NCBI GenBank assembly: GCA_963814585.1 | Contig: CAWFDF010000011.1 | Span: 64,001 to 128,000, forward strand | Direction of reading: 5' to 3' | From: an uncultured delta proteobacterium | Lineage (GTDB): Bacteria; Myxococcota; Myxococcia; Myxococcales; Anaeromyxobacteraceae | DNA: 64,000 nucleotides | In this document: positions 31,730-40,617 of the stretch, in pieces | Layout: every line of letters starts with the position of its first letter | Numbering within the stretch: position 1 is the first letter of the stretch | Program-made: the position numbers and the translations under genes | The notes under the pieces: generated by a model | The model's database searches: none | Told to the model about the DNA's origin: nothing | Seen by the model: the letters and a program-made list of their open reading frames with translations, nothing else

Positions 31730-32143
31730 TCAGTCCTCGGCGGCGCCCGGCGCGCCGTGGAGGCGCACCACCACCAGGGCCAGCCTCGCGTTGGCGGCGG
31801 CGTCGCCCTGGAACTCGACGCCGACGCGCCGGTCCTGGCGCAGCGCGTGCTGGACCACGCACCAGGCGGCCGGGCGCCCCGGGAGGTCGGGGAAGCGCAG
31901 CTGGGCCCGCGCGCCGGGCTCGAGCGGCTCGTCCAGCTCGAGCAGGGCGCCGCCCTCCGAGACGTCGCAGACCCGGACGTGGAGGGTGCCGAGGTCGACG
32001 TCGAGCCGCGCCTCGCAGGCCACGGCGTGGCGCAGGAAGACGCGCCGCTGCGGCCGCCGCCAGCGCTGCCTGGCGCGGAGCGCCAGCTCCCGGAGCCAGA
32101 CCCGCGCGGCGTCGAGCCGGGTGGGGGGAGGCCTATCGCGCAC
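31730..32143 (-). CDS. Single-domain PilZ protein
   Basis: RRVFLR (RxxxR), DVSEGG (DxSxxG), VGVEF. Confidence 0.8.
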   Translation of the reverse strand: MRDRPPPTRLDAARVWLRELALRARQRWRRPQRRVFLRHAVACEARLDVDLGTLHVRVCDVSEGGALLELDEPLEPGARAQLRFPDLPGRPAAWCVVQHALRQDRRVGVEFQGDAAANARLALVVVRLHGAPGAAED

Positions 32144-32957
32144 GGGACCCCACGTTGGGCAGCACCACGGTGGCGCCGGTGGCGCCGTTCTCGCCGCGCC
32201 AGACCGGGACGCCCCACACCTCGCGGACCCGCTCCTCGGTCAGCACCTCGCCCGGCGCGCCCGAGGCCACCACCCGCCCGTCGCGGAGCGCCACCAGCCG
32301 GTCGCAGGCCGCCGCCGCCAGGTTGAGGTCATGGAGCACCGCCACCACACAGAGGCCGCCGCGCGCCGCCAGCCGGGCCATCTCCATGGCCGCCACCTGG
32401 TGGGCGAGGTCGAGGAAGGCGGTGGGCTCGTCGAGCAGGAGCACGCGCGGCTCCTGGGCCAGGGCGCGGGCGAAGAAGACGCGCCGCCGCTCGCCGCCGG
32501 AGAGGGCGTCGACGCGCCGCCCCGCCAGGTGGAGGAGGTCGCAGGCGGCCAGCGCCCCCTCGACGGCGCCGAGGTCGTCGCGTCCGGCCACGCCCAGCAG
32601 CCCCTGGCGCGCCGAGCGGCCCATCATCACCACGTCGCGGACGGTGAAGGGCCAGTCGAGGCGGGGCTCCTGCGGGACCAGCGCGCAGACCCGGGCCACC
32701 AGCCGCCGGGGCGCGGCGTGCGGATCGAAGCCGGCCAGCCGCACCGTCCCGGCGGACGGCGCCAGCAGCCCGGCCACCAGGCGGATGAGCGTGGACTTGC
32801 CGGCGCCGTTGGGGCCGAGCAGCCCGACGAACTCGCCCTCGCGCGCCGAGAAGGAGACGCCGTCGACGGCGACCCGCGAGCCGTAGGCGTGGCGCGCCCC
32901 GCGCACCTCGACGATGGGGTCGGGCCACGGGGGCCCTGGCAGCCGGTGGGGGCTCAT
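32133..32957 (-). CDS. Cobalamin/iron-chelate ABC transporter ATPase (BtuD-like)
   Basis: GPNGAGKS, LSGGE, LLLDEPT, LHDLNLA. Confidence 0.92.
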   Translation of the reverse strand: MSPHRLPGPPWPDPIVEVRGARHAYGSRVAVDGVSFSAREGEFVGLLGPNGAGKSTLIRLVAGLLAPSAGTVRLAGFDPHAAPRRLVARVCALVPQEPRLDWPFTVRDVVMMGRSARQGLLGVAGRDDLGAVEGALAACDLLHLAGRRVDALSGGERRRVFFARALAQEPRVLLLDEPTAFLDLAHQVAAMEMARLAARGGLCVVAVLHDLNLAAAACDRLVALRDGRVVASGAPGEVLTEERVREVWGVPVWRGENGATGATVVLPNVGSRAR

Positions 32958-34000
32958 GCCGCCCCCTCGCCCTGCTGGCGCGCCTGCCGCCGCAGCAGCC
33001 AGAGGAAGAACGGCCCGCCCAGGAAGGCGGTCACCGCGCCCACCGGGGGCTCGGTGCCGAGCGGCAGGAAGGCGAGCCGGGCCAGGGCGTCGGCGGCCAC
33101 CAGGAAGGCGGCGCCGAAGAGCGCCGAAGCCGGGAGCAGCAGCCGGTGGTCGGGGCCGACCAGGCGTCGCACCAGGTGCGGGACGATCAGGCCGACGAAG
33201 CCCACCATCCCGGCCAGCGCCACCGCGGCGCCGGTGGCGGCGGAGGCGGCGAAGAAGACCAGCGCCCGGGTGCGCCGGACGTCGACGCCGAGCGAGGCGG
33301 CCTCCTCGTCGCCGAGGGTGAGCAGGTTGAGCCGCGCCGAGAGCAGCCCCAGCGCTCCCACCGAGAGGAGGACCAGCACCGTCCCCACCGCCAGCGTGGC
33401 GGGCGTCTCGTAGCCGATGGCCCCCATCAGCCAGTAGAGGAGCCGCGAGGCCTGGTCGGGCGGCGCCAGCATCTTGAGCAGCGTGATGACGCCGGCCACG
33501 AAGGCGTTGAAGACGATGCCGACCAGCAGCGCCGCCTCGGGGACCAGCCGGCCGCCGATCCGACCCAGGCCGAAGACCAGGCCGGTGGCGAGGATGGCCC
33601 CGGCCACGGCCCCGACCGCCACCGGCGGCGCCGACCCGAGCAGGGCGCCGGCCGGGCCGGCCACCGAGGAGAGGCCGGCCGCGGCCAGCAGCACCAGCGT
33701 CCCGCCCAGCGCCGCCCCGCCCGAGACGCCCAGCACGAACGGCTCGGCCAGCGGGTTTCGCAGCAGGGCCTGCAGCGCGGTCCCGGCGGCGGCCAGCGCG
33801 AAGCCGACCACCGCCGCCAGCGCGGCCCGCGGCAGCCGCAGCCCCAGGAGGATGGCCCGGTCCGGCTCGACGCCGTCGAGCGCGGCGCGGAGCGAGGTGG
33901 GCTGCGGGCCCAGCAGGCAGGAGGCCGCCACCGCGGCGAGGATGGCCGCCAGGCCGAGGCCGAGCGCCAGCAGCAGCCGGGTGCGGGAGGCGCCGCTCAC
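32954..34000 (-). CDS. Cobalamin/iron-chelate ABC permease (BtuC/FecCD family)
   Basis: LRLPR, RNPLAEP..LGVSGGA, LGDEEAASLG, GFVGLIVPH, GGPFF. Confidence 0.93.
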   Translation of the reverse strand: MSGASRTRLLLALGLGLAAILAAVAASCLLGPQPTSLRAALDGVEPDRAILLGLRLPRAALAAVVGFALAAAGTALQALLRNPLAEPFVLGVSGGAALGGTLVLLAAAGLSSVAGPAGALLGSAPPVAVGAVAGAILATGLVFGLGRIGGRLVPEAALLVGIVFNAFVAGVITLLKMLAPPDQASRLLYWLMGAIGYETPATLAVGTVLVLLSVGALGLLSARLNLLTLGDEEAASLGVDVRRTRALVFFAASAATGAAVALAGMVGFVGLIVPHLVRRLVGPDHRLLLPASALFGAAFLVAADALARLAFLPLGTEPPVGAVTAFLGGPFFLWLLRRQARQQGEGAA

Positions 34001-34932
34001 CGGGGCGCCGCTCCCCGGAGCGCCTGCTCCAGATCCGCGAGCGCCTCGATCATCCGCGGTCCGGCCCGCAGCAGGTCGTCGCGCGGCAGCCTCGCCACGG
34101 CGCCGCGCCTCACCGCGGGGATGGCCGCCAGCCTGGAGATGCCGGCGGCCGGCTCGTCGAAGGCCGCGTCGATGACCAGGTCGGGGTTGGCCGCGACGGC
34201 CAGCTCCAGCGGGTAGACCGGCCAGGGGCGGGAGCCGCCCACGGCGTTGTCGGCGCCGGCCAGCCGGAGCAGCTCGTCGGGGAAGGATCCAGGCCCGGCC
34301 ACCACCAGCGGCTCGCGTCCCACCACGAAGAGCACCCGAGGGTGGGGCCGGCCTGCCGAGGCGGCCTGGAGGCGATCGAGCGAGCCCTGCAGCCGCGCCG
34401 CCAGCGCGGCGCCGGCCGCCGGCTCGCCGATGGCCTCGCCCACCAGCCTGGCGGCGGCGGGGACGTCGGCGACGGCGACCACCGGGATGGCGAGGATGGC
34501 GAAGGAGCCGCTCGAGAGCTCGGCGAGCCGCCGCACCGCCGCCAGGGCGCCCCCGTCGGTGACCCAGAGGACGAGGTCGGGCCTGAGCCCCAGCACCGCC
34601 TCCGGCGACGGGTCGAGGAAGCCCCCCACGCGCGGGCGCGCCGCCACCTCGGGCGCGCGGTCCACGCGCGTCACCCCGACGATGCGGTCGGCCGCGCCGA
34701 GCGCGACCAGGTAGTCGGTCATGCTCGGCGCCAGGGTCACGATCCTCCTCGCGCCGCCGGCCGGCGGGCGTCCCACCCAGATGGCTCCACCCGCCGCGGC
34801 GCCCCTGGAGGTGACCGGCAGGAGCTCGGGCGCCGCCCCGGGAGCCAGGCCGGGTACCGGGGCGGTCGCCCCCACGGGCCAGGCGGAGAGCGCGGCGGCG
34901 AGGAGCAGGGCGGGACGGAGCAGCCTCTTCAT
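33997..34932 (-). CDS. Cobalamin-binding periplasmic protein (BtuF-like)
   Basis: Signal peptide, RIVTLAPSMTD, VGG..DPSPEAVL.LRPDLV, RAGPR. Confidence 0.88.
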   Translation of the reverse strand: MKRLLRPALLLAAALSAWPVGATAPVPGLAPGAAPELLPVTSRGAAAGGAIWVGRPPAGGARRIVTLAPSMTDYLVALGAADRIVGVTRVDRAPEVAARPRVGGFLDPSPEAVLGLRPDLVLWVTDGGALAAVRRLAELSSGSFAILAIPVVAVADVPAAARLVGEAIGEPAAGAALAARLQGSLDRLQAASAGRPHPRVLFVVGREPLVVAGPGSFPDELLRLAGADNAVGGSRPWPVYPLELAVAANPDLVIDAAFDEPAAGISRLAAIPAVRRGAVARLPRDDLLRAGPRMIEALADLEQALRGAAPR

Positions 34933-36275
34933 GGGCGGGTGGCGCAGGCGACGTCGGCGGCCCAGGCGTAGCCCCAGGTTCCGGCGCTGGCCGGGCAGAC
35001 CGTCGTCGGCGCGGCGGGCGAGGCGGCGTAGTTCACGGGGTCGAAGGGGTAGACGTCCCCGCTCCACTGGTCGGTGACGAAGCCATGATCGCCGCAGAAT
35101 GCCACGTTCCCGGGGACCAGGAAGGCGGGCGTGACGTGGAGCTCGCTCACCACGGGCGCCGGGCCGCCGAGCGCCACCTCGACGAGCCCGCCGGTGCCGC
35201 ACGCGATCCAGAGCGTGCCGGCGCGCAGGGCGATGCCTCCGGGGTTGCCGCAGGCCGCTCCGAGCGGGAGGTAGCCGACCGACGGTCCGGCCGGGTCGAC
35301 GATGGCCAGCCTTCCAGGGCCGGCCGGATCGGTGAAGTAGCCGGAGGATCCCTTCTTCAGGTTGGCCAGCACCACGTAGACCTTGCCGCCGTGGGCGACG
35401 GAGCGGCCGGGGAAGGGGAGGGCGCCGGCGTCGGGGCCGGCCCCGACGGCGACGTCGAGGTAGCTCGGTGCGCCCAGGCAGGGGAGGGGCGAACCCGCCA
35501 CGCCGCAGGTGCCGAGGCCGGCGGCGTCGAGCACGGCGATCTTCTGGCCCAGCGCTGGATTCCCGCTGACGGCGTCGCCCTGGAGCGAGACGAAGGCCTT
35601 CTCTCCACCGCCGGGCGCTGCTGCGAAGGCGATGCCCTTGATGTTCTCACCGGCCGAGGTGCCGACCGGGACCTCGCCGGCCACGTTGCCGGTGGCCGGG
35701 TCGACGATCACCACCGTGCCGGCCCCGGCGCTGGAGATGAGCAGCATGCCGGCGTGGGCGGTGATGTACTCGAAGTCACTGCCGTGGAGCAGGTACTCGA
35801 CCGGCGCCGCGGCCAGGTCGAAGGGGAGGCGGGCCAGCGAGCCGGAGAGCGAGGCGGCGGCCCAGGTGTCGGCGCCGAGCGTGGTGAGGGCGATGGGGCC
35901 GACGCCGGCGGCGCGGGGGGCCGAGCCGGAGGTGAGGTCGAGCGGCTCCACGGCACGCACCTCGTCGACGGAGAAGCAGGCCACCTGGAGCGAGGTGCAG
36001 GCGCCGGAGAGGCAGGACTCACCCGGCAGGCAGGCCCGTCCGACCGCGCCGCAGTTGGCCCGATCGGTGTCGAGGGCCACGCAGACTCCGGCCTTGCAGC
36101 TGGCGCCGCCGGCGCAGGGGGTGCCGCAGGCGCCGCAGTTGGCGGCGTCGACGGACGGGTCGACGCAAGCGCCGCTGCAGACGAACTCTCCGGCCGGGCA
36201 GGTGATTTCCTTCTGGCAGGCGGAGAGGGCGGTGAGGGTGACGAGCAGGAGGGCGAGCTGGAGCGAGCGGCTCAT
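34929..36275 (-). CDS. Cysteine-rich (MXAN_6577-like repeat) lipoprotein with probable beta-propeller
   Basis: Lipobox LSAC; two C-VD...D..NCGA.G..C....C..G.C repeats; repeated beta-strand blades (AAGVGPIAL, VGTSAGENIKGIAF, ACGNPGGIAL, VPGNVAF). Confidence 0.8.
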   Translation of the reverse strand: MSRSLQLALLLVTLTALSACQKEITCPAGEFVCSGACVDPSVDAANCGACGTPCAGGASCKAGVCVALDTDRANCGAVGRACLPGESCLSGACTSLQVACFSVDEVRAVEPLDLTSGSAPRAAGVGPIALTTLGADTWAAASLSGSLARLPFDLAAAPVEYLLHGSDFEYITAHAGMLLISSAGAGTVVIVDPATGNVAGEVPVGTSAGENIKGIAFAAAPGGGEKAFVSLQGDAVSGNPALGQKIAVLDAAGLGTCGVAGSPLPCLGAPSYLDVAVGAGPDAGALPFPGRSVAHGGKVYVVLANLKKGSSGYFTDPAGPGRLAIVDPAGPSVGYLPLGAACGNPGGIALRAGTLWIACGTGGLVEVALGGPAPVVSELHVTPAFLVPGNVAFCGDHGFVTDQWSGDVYPFDPVNYAASPAAPTTVCPASAGTWGYAWAADVACATRP

Positions 36276-38199
36276 GGCGTTCCTTCGGTGGGTGACGGGG
36301 GATGGGGGGAGCCGGCGCGGAGCGTGAGCAGCACCAGCCGGGAGGGGAGGGGGTTGCCGAGGCCGTCGTTGAGGGTGCGGTCGTCGAGGAGGTTCCTCAC
36401 CTCGAGGTGGAGGCTCATCCCGAGCGACCGGGCGAGGTGGAGCGCGGCGCCGGCATTCCAGGCCAGCGTGGCCGGGATCGGCTCGAGGTTGCGCCGGTCG
36501 CTGTAGCGGAGACTCACGTAGTGGGCCTCGACGTGGAGCTCGAACGGCCCGGGCGACGAGCTGGCCCGGGCGTAGAGCCGGTGGCGCGCCCGGTAGGGGA
36601 TCTGGTTCCCCACCACGTCCGGCGCCCCCTGGAGCAGCTCGGTGAAGAGCCAGGTGTAGGCGCCGGAGAGCGTGGCGCGCGCCGGCCCGAGCCCGGGGGC
36701 GGTGGCCAGCTCGGCCTCCAGGCCGGCCACGAAGGCCTGCCCCTCGTTGAACGGCTTCAGGCGGCCCATCGAGGTCGGCAGGTAGAGGATCAGGTCCCGG
36801 TAGCGGGTGACGTGCCCTCCGAGCGTCGCCAGGCCGAGCCGGCCGTCGGCCACCAGGGAGGCGTCGGCGGCCAGCCCCGACTCCGGGGTGAGGCCGGGGT
36901 TGGGCATCACCAGCCCCTGCTGGTAGGAGAGCTCGGCCAGGCTGGGCGCCCGGAAGGTGCTCCCGGCGCTGGCCCGCAGCGACCAGGCCGGCCCGAGCCG
37001 CCAGGTGGCGCCGAGCTTGCCGGAGAGGCCGGTGAAGGGGCCGACGGCGTCGAGGCGCAGCGCCGGGGCGAGCCGCAGCCGGGCGCCGAGCAGGAGCAGG
37101 TCGTCGCCGACCGCCAGCCCGGTCGACCACCGGGAGGTGGTGGCCAGCCCCTGCGACTCGATGGACTCGAGCTCGGTCGAGAGCTGGGCGGAGAGCCGTC
37201 CGCCCGGGTGGTCCACGCCGAGCTCGGCGGCCCCTCCGAGGGCGACGCCGCGCTGGTCGTAGGGCGTGGGGTCGCCCACGCGGACCTCCAGCCGGTCGAG
37301 CCGCCCGCTCATCCGGCCGCCGAGCGTGAGGCCCGCCGAGGTGGTGCGGAAGTAGTGCACCGCCAGCAGCAGCCGCCCGTCACGCTGCCAGTCGTCGGGC
37401 GTCGGGTTGCTGGCGAAGCCGGGCAGGCCCCGGTCTCCGGCCGAGGCCTGCAGCAGGGTGTCGAGCCAGCCACCGAGGACCGGCACCGAGAGCCGGGCCA
37501 GCGCCCCGGCCCGGGTGGCGGCGGCGTTCTCGCGCACCCGCGGCTCGAGCGCGATCGCCGGGGAGCGGTGGGGGTCTGGTCGTGGAGGTAGGGGAAGTCG
37601 CCCTGCGTGGTGTCGCCGCTGGCGGCCAGCAGCAGCGTGCCGCCCAGCACCGCCACCGCCCCGTCGGCGGCGAGCGAGCCGGTCGTGAAGGAGCCGCCGG
37701 TCGCCTCGGCCGACCACTCGCCGGCGGCGGCCCTCCGGGTGACGACGTTGACCACCCCGCCGAGCGCGCCGGCGCCGTAGAGGGCCCCCTCCGGGCCGCG
37801 CAGCACCTCGATCCGGTCGATCCAGCCGCGCGGGATCGAGGAGAGGTCGACCGCGCCGCCGAAGGCCGAGTTGAGGGGCAGCCCGTCGAGCAGCACCAGC
37901 ACGCCGTCGGCGGTGGAGCCGCGGATGGAGACCGTGGTGAGCTGCCCGAGGCCGCCGTAGTCGTTGACCGCCACCCCGGGCGAGGTGGCCACCAGCTGGG
38001 CCACGTCCTTGGCCTCGCCGGCGAAGCGCGAGGCCTCGACGATGGTGGCCGCGCCGGTCGGATCGCCCGGCGCCTCGGTGCGACGGGGCCGGACCACCTG
38101 CTCCTCCATGAGGACGGGCGGCGGCTCCTCGGCACGAGGGCTCGCTGCGACACAGAGTGAAAGGGCGAGGACGCCCAGGGCATGGATCTTCGAGCGCAG
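36272..38199 (-). CDS. btuB: TonB-dependent cobalamin receptor (BtuB-like), frameshifted near 37555-37570; start uncertain
   Basis: Plug motifs SPGV, SIRGS, VLLDG, IEVLRGP..ALYG.GALGGVVNV; barrel motifs FRAPSL.EL, NPGLTPE, VRNLLD; directly downstream of a cobalamin riboswitch. Confidence 0.88.
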
Positions 38200-38255
38200 A
38201 GCCGCGCGTCTCCTTCGGACGCGACAACCTCGGCCACGGCGGCATGCCGTGGCCT

Positions 38256-38440
38256 GCTCGAAGGGAGGTCTCCTGGCTCCCGGGGCCGCGCACGACGGAG
38301 GTCCGTCGCCGCTCGCCGCCTCCCACCTTCCCACCGCTCGGACGGCCGCGGCAGTGGTGACAACCCTGGAGGCGACTCCTCCCCGGCTACAGTGGCGGGA
38401 CCGCGCCGGCTTCTGACCGGACTTCCCTGTTCCTCCGAGC
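38256..38440 (-). ncRNA. Cobalamin riboswitch
   Basis: Minus strand: AACAGGGAAGTCCGGTCAGAAGCCGGCGCGGTCCCGCCACTGTA...CCACTG...GGGAAGG...GAGCCAGGAGACCTCCC (B12 box); closing helix GCTCGGAGG/CCTTCGAGC. Confidence 0.95.
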
Positions 38441-38456
38441 GGGTGCTGCAGATCAC

Positions 38457-38485
38457 TCGGTACCGGAGCCGACGCGGGACGTCAA
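38457..38485 (-). promoter_or_regulatory. Putative sigma70 promoter of the B12 operon
   Basis: Minus strand TTGACG-17 nt-TACCGA just upstream of the riboswitch. Confidence 0.45.
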
Positions 38486-38582
38486 GGCTGGACTCTCGAC
38501 CCGGACCTCGGGCAGGACGTGCGCGGCACCGGAGAGGAGGGAGATCCGGGTGCCTGGCGCACGCCCTGCCGAGGGGCGAGCG

Positions 38583-38933
38583 TCACCTCCGCGTGGCGGT
38601 GGGCGAGGCGGCGACCGCCGCTGCGGCGCCGGCGGACGGCGGCGCGCCGACCACCAGGTGGGCCTTCACCTTGGCGAACCAGGCCGGCCCGAGCCCCTTC
38701 ACCGCCACCACGTCCTCGGGCTTCCGGAAGGGCTGGCGGCTGCGCAGCGCCACGATGGCCTGCGCCTTCTTCTGGCCGACGCCGGGGAGCCGCATCAGCT
38801 CGACGGCGCTGGCCCGGTTGAGGTCGATCCGGTCGTTGGGGCCGAGCGCCTTCTTGGTGGTGAAGGCGGCCGAGGCGGGGAGGGCCGCCGAGAGCCCGGC
38901 CACCGCCAGCAGGACCTGGAGCAGCCGCCTCAC
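38583..38933 (-). CDS. ComEA-like helix-hairpin-helix DNA-binding protein, exported
   Basis: Signal peptide; IDLNRAS..EL..LPGVG.KKAQAIV..R...F...ED...VKGLG. Confidence 0.9.
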   Translation of the reverse strand: MRRLLQVLLAVAGLSAALPASAAFTTKKALGPNDRIDLNRASAVELMRLPGVGQKKAQAIVALRSRQPFRKPEDVVAVKGLGPAWFAKVKAHLVVGAPPSAGAAAAVAASPTATRR

Positions 38934-39187
38934 GGCCGCGCCTCCTCGCCGCGCTTGCCGGCGCCGTTGGCCGGGGCGGCGGCGCCGGGGCGCGCCTCCT
39001 CGCGCGGCTCGCGGACCTGCAGCTTGTTGGTCCCGAGGGGCAGCGCGTCGAGGTAGATGGCGATGCTGCCGTCCCGGTTGGTGAAGGCCATGCCGATCTT
39101 CTGCCACCAGGCGGCCCGGTCGCCGTCCTTCTCGTTGATGGCGTAGACCGCCAGCTTCTTGCCGCTCGCTTCCTTCTGCTCGCTCAT
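38930..39187 (-). CDS. Small conserved-looking hypothetical protein (W.KIG.AF.N.DGS...LDALP)
   Basis: GGGAG RBS before ATG, typical codon usage, stop overlaps the start of the ComEA-like gene. Confidence 0.75.
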   Translation of the reverse strand: MSEQKEASGKKLAVYAINEKDGDRAAWWQKIGMAFTNRDGSIAIYLDALPLGTNKLQVREPREEARPGAAAPANGAGKRGEEARP

Positions 39188-39458
39188 GTTCGCTCCCTGT
39201 TCGTGGTTGGCTGCTTCACGGGACGGGAAGAGCAGGCGGCGTGCCGCGGCCAAGCCTCCGAGATCACGGGGGGTGAGGCGGGGACGGATGTTCAGGTGGC
39301 GGACCTGCGGCCGCGGCGCGGACCACCAATCGCGCGCCCTTCAGGGCGCGCAATCCGGACCTTCGACCAGCCGAGTCAGGTCTTCCTGCCCTCGCCTCGC
39401 CTTCCCCCCAGTGGGAGGTGGCTTGCGCCGGCGTCACCAGAGACCGACGCCGACGCCG

Positions 39459-39767
39459 TCAATTCACCACGCCGCCCGGGAAGTGGGGGGCATCGCCGAG
39501 GTCGATGGTCCCGAAGCGGGCCTCGTACCGGGAGATGTTGTCCTGGATGGCCAGCAGCAGCCGCTTCATGTGCTTGGGCGAGGTGATGGCGCGGGCCCGC
39601 ACGGTGGCCTTGGGCGCCTGCGGCTGCACGTAGGCGAGGTCGAGGGTGAACTCGGTCTCGGTGTGGTTGACCATGGCCAGGTTGACGAAGGCCCCGTTGG
39701 CGGTCACCGGGTCGATCTCGATTTGGATCTGGATGGCGTGCTGAGCTGGGGTAGGCTTGTCGGACAT
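39459..39767 (-). CDS. DUF3467 domain protein
   Basis: G.FVNLAMVNHTETEFTLD...ARAITSPKHMKRLL.AIQDNI..YE.RFG.I. Confidence 0.88.
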   Translation of the reverse strand: MSDKPTPAQHAIQIQIEIDPVTANGAFVNLAMVNHTETEFTLDLAYVQPQAPKATVRARAITSPKHMKRLLLAIQDNISRYEARFGTIDLGDAPHFPGGVVN

Positions 39768-39807
39768 GCGGATCTCGTATCACCCCGAGCGCCGCCCCGC
39801 GAGACCC

Positions 39808-40614
39808 GTGAGATCCGACCCGACCCCGACCTCCGAGCAGCTGGCCGCCATCGACGGAGGGCGCGAGCTCGACCTGCCCGGCGGACCGGACGCGGTGCTG
39901 CTCCTCCACGGCCTGACCGGCGCCCCGTTCGAGATGCACCACCTGGCGCTGCGGCTGGCCGCCCTGGGGTACCGCTGCCTGGCGCCGGTGATGGCCGGCC
40001 ACGGCCGCACGCCCGAGGACCTGGTCGGCATCCCCTGGACCGAGTGGGTGGCCCACGCCCGGCGCGACCTGGCCCGCCTCTCGGAGGCGCGCCGCGTCTT
40101 CGTGGCCGGCTCCTCGATGGGGGCGCTGGTGGCCTGCGCGCTGGCCCACGACCTGCCGGAGCGGGTCGAGGGGCTCGTCCTGCTGGCCCCGGCGCTGGAG
40201 CTGCAGGCCACCGGGAAGCTGGGCGGCCTGCTCGGGCGCAGCTCCCTGCTCTGGCGGAAGATCGTGCCCAAGGGCTCGGGCTCGGACGTCCGCGACCCGG
40301 AGATGAGGCGCCGCAACCCCTGCCTCACCGGCGTGCCGCTCGGCGCCGTGGCCGAGCTGCAGGCGCTGGGCGAGCGGGTCGACTCGCTGCTGCCGGGCGT
40401 CGCGGCGCCGGCGCTGGTGGTGTTCGGCGCCCAGGACCACACCGTGACCCTGGCGGGCGCCAAGCGGCTGGCGAAGCGGATCGGGAGCGGACCGGCCGAG
40501 TTCCTGCTGCTGCCGGACAGCTACCACCTGGTCGGGGTCGACGTGGAGCGGGAGCGCTGCGCCGACGCCGCGGTCCGGTTCCTCGCCTCGATCCAGGAGC
40601 AGGACCGGAGGTAG
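39808..40614 (+). CDS. Alpha/beta hydrolase, carboxylesterase / monoacylglycerol lipase-like (start uncertain)
   Basis: LLLHGLTGAP, GHG, GSSMG nucleophile, QDHTV, SYH. Confidence 0.85.
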   Translation: MRSDPTPTSEQLAAIDGGRELDLPGGPDAVLLLHGLTGAPFEMHHLALRLAALGYRCLAPVMAGHGRTPEDLVGIPWTEWVAHARRDLARLSEARRVFVAGSSMGALVACALAHDLPERVEGLVLLAPALELQATGKLGGLLGRSSLLWRKIVPKGSGSDVRDPEMRRRNPCLTGVPLGAVAELQALGERVDSLLPGVAAPALVVFGAQDHTVTLAGAKRLAKRIGSGPAEFLLLPDSYHLVGVDVERERCADAAVRFLASIQEQDRR

Positions 40615-40617
40615 CGC

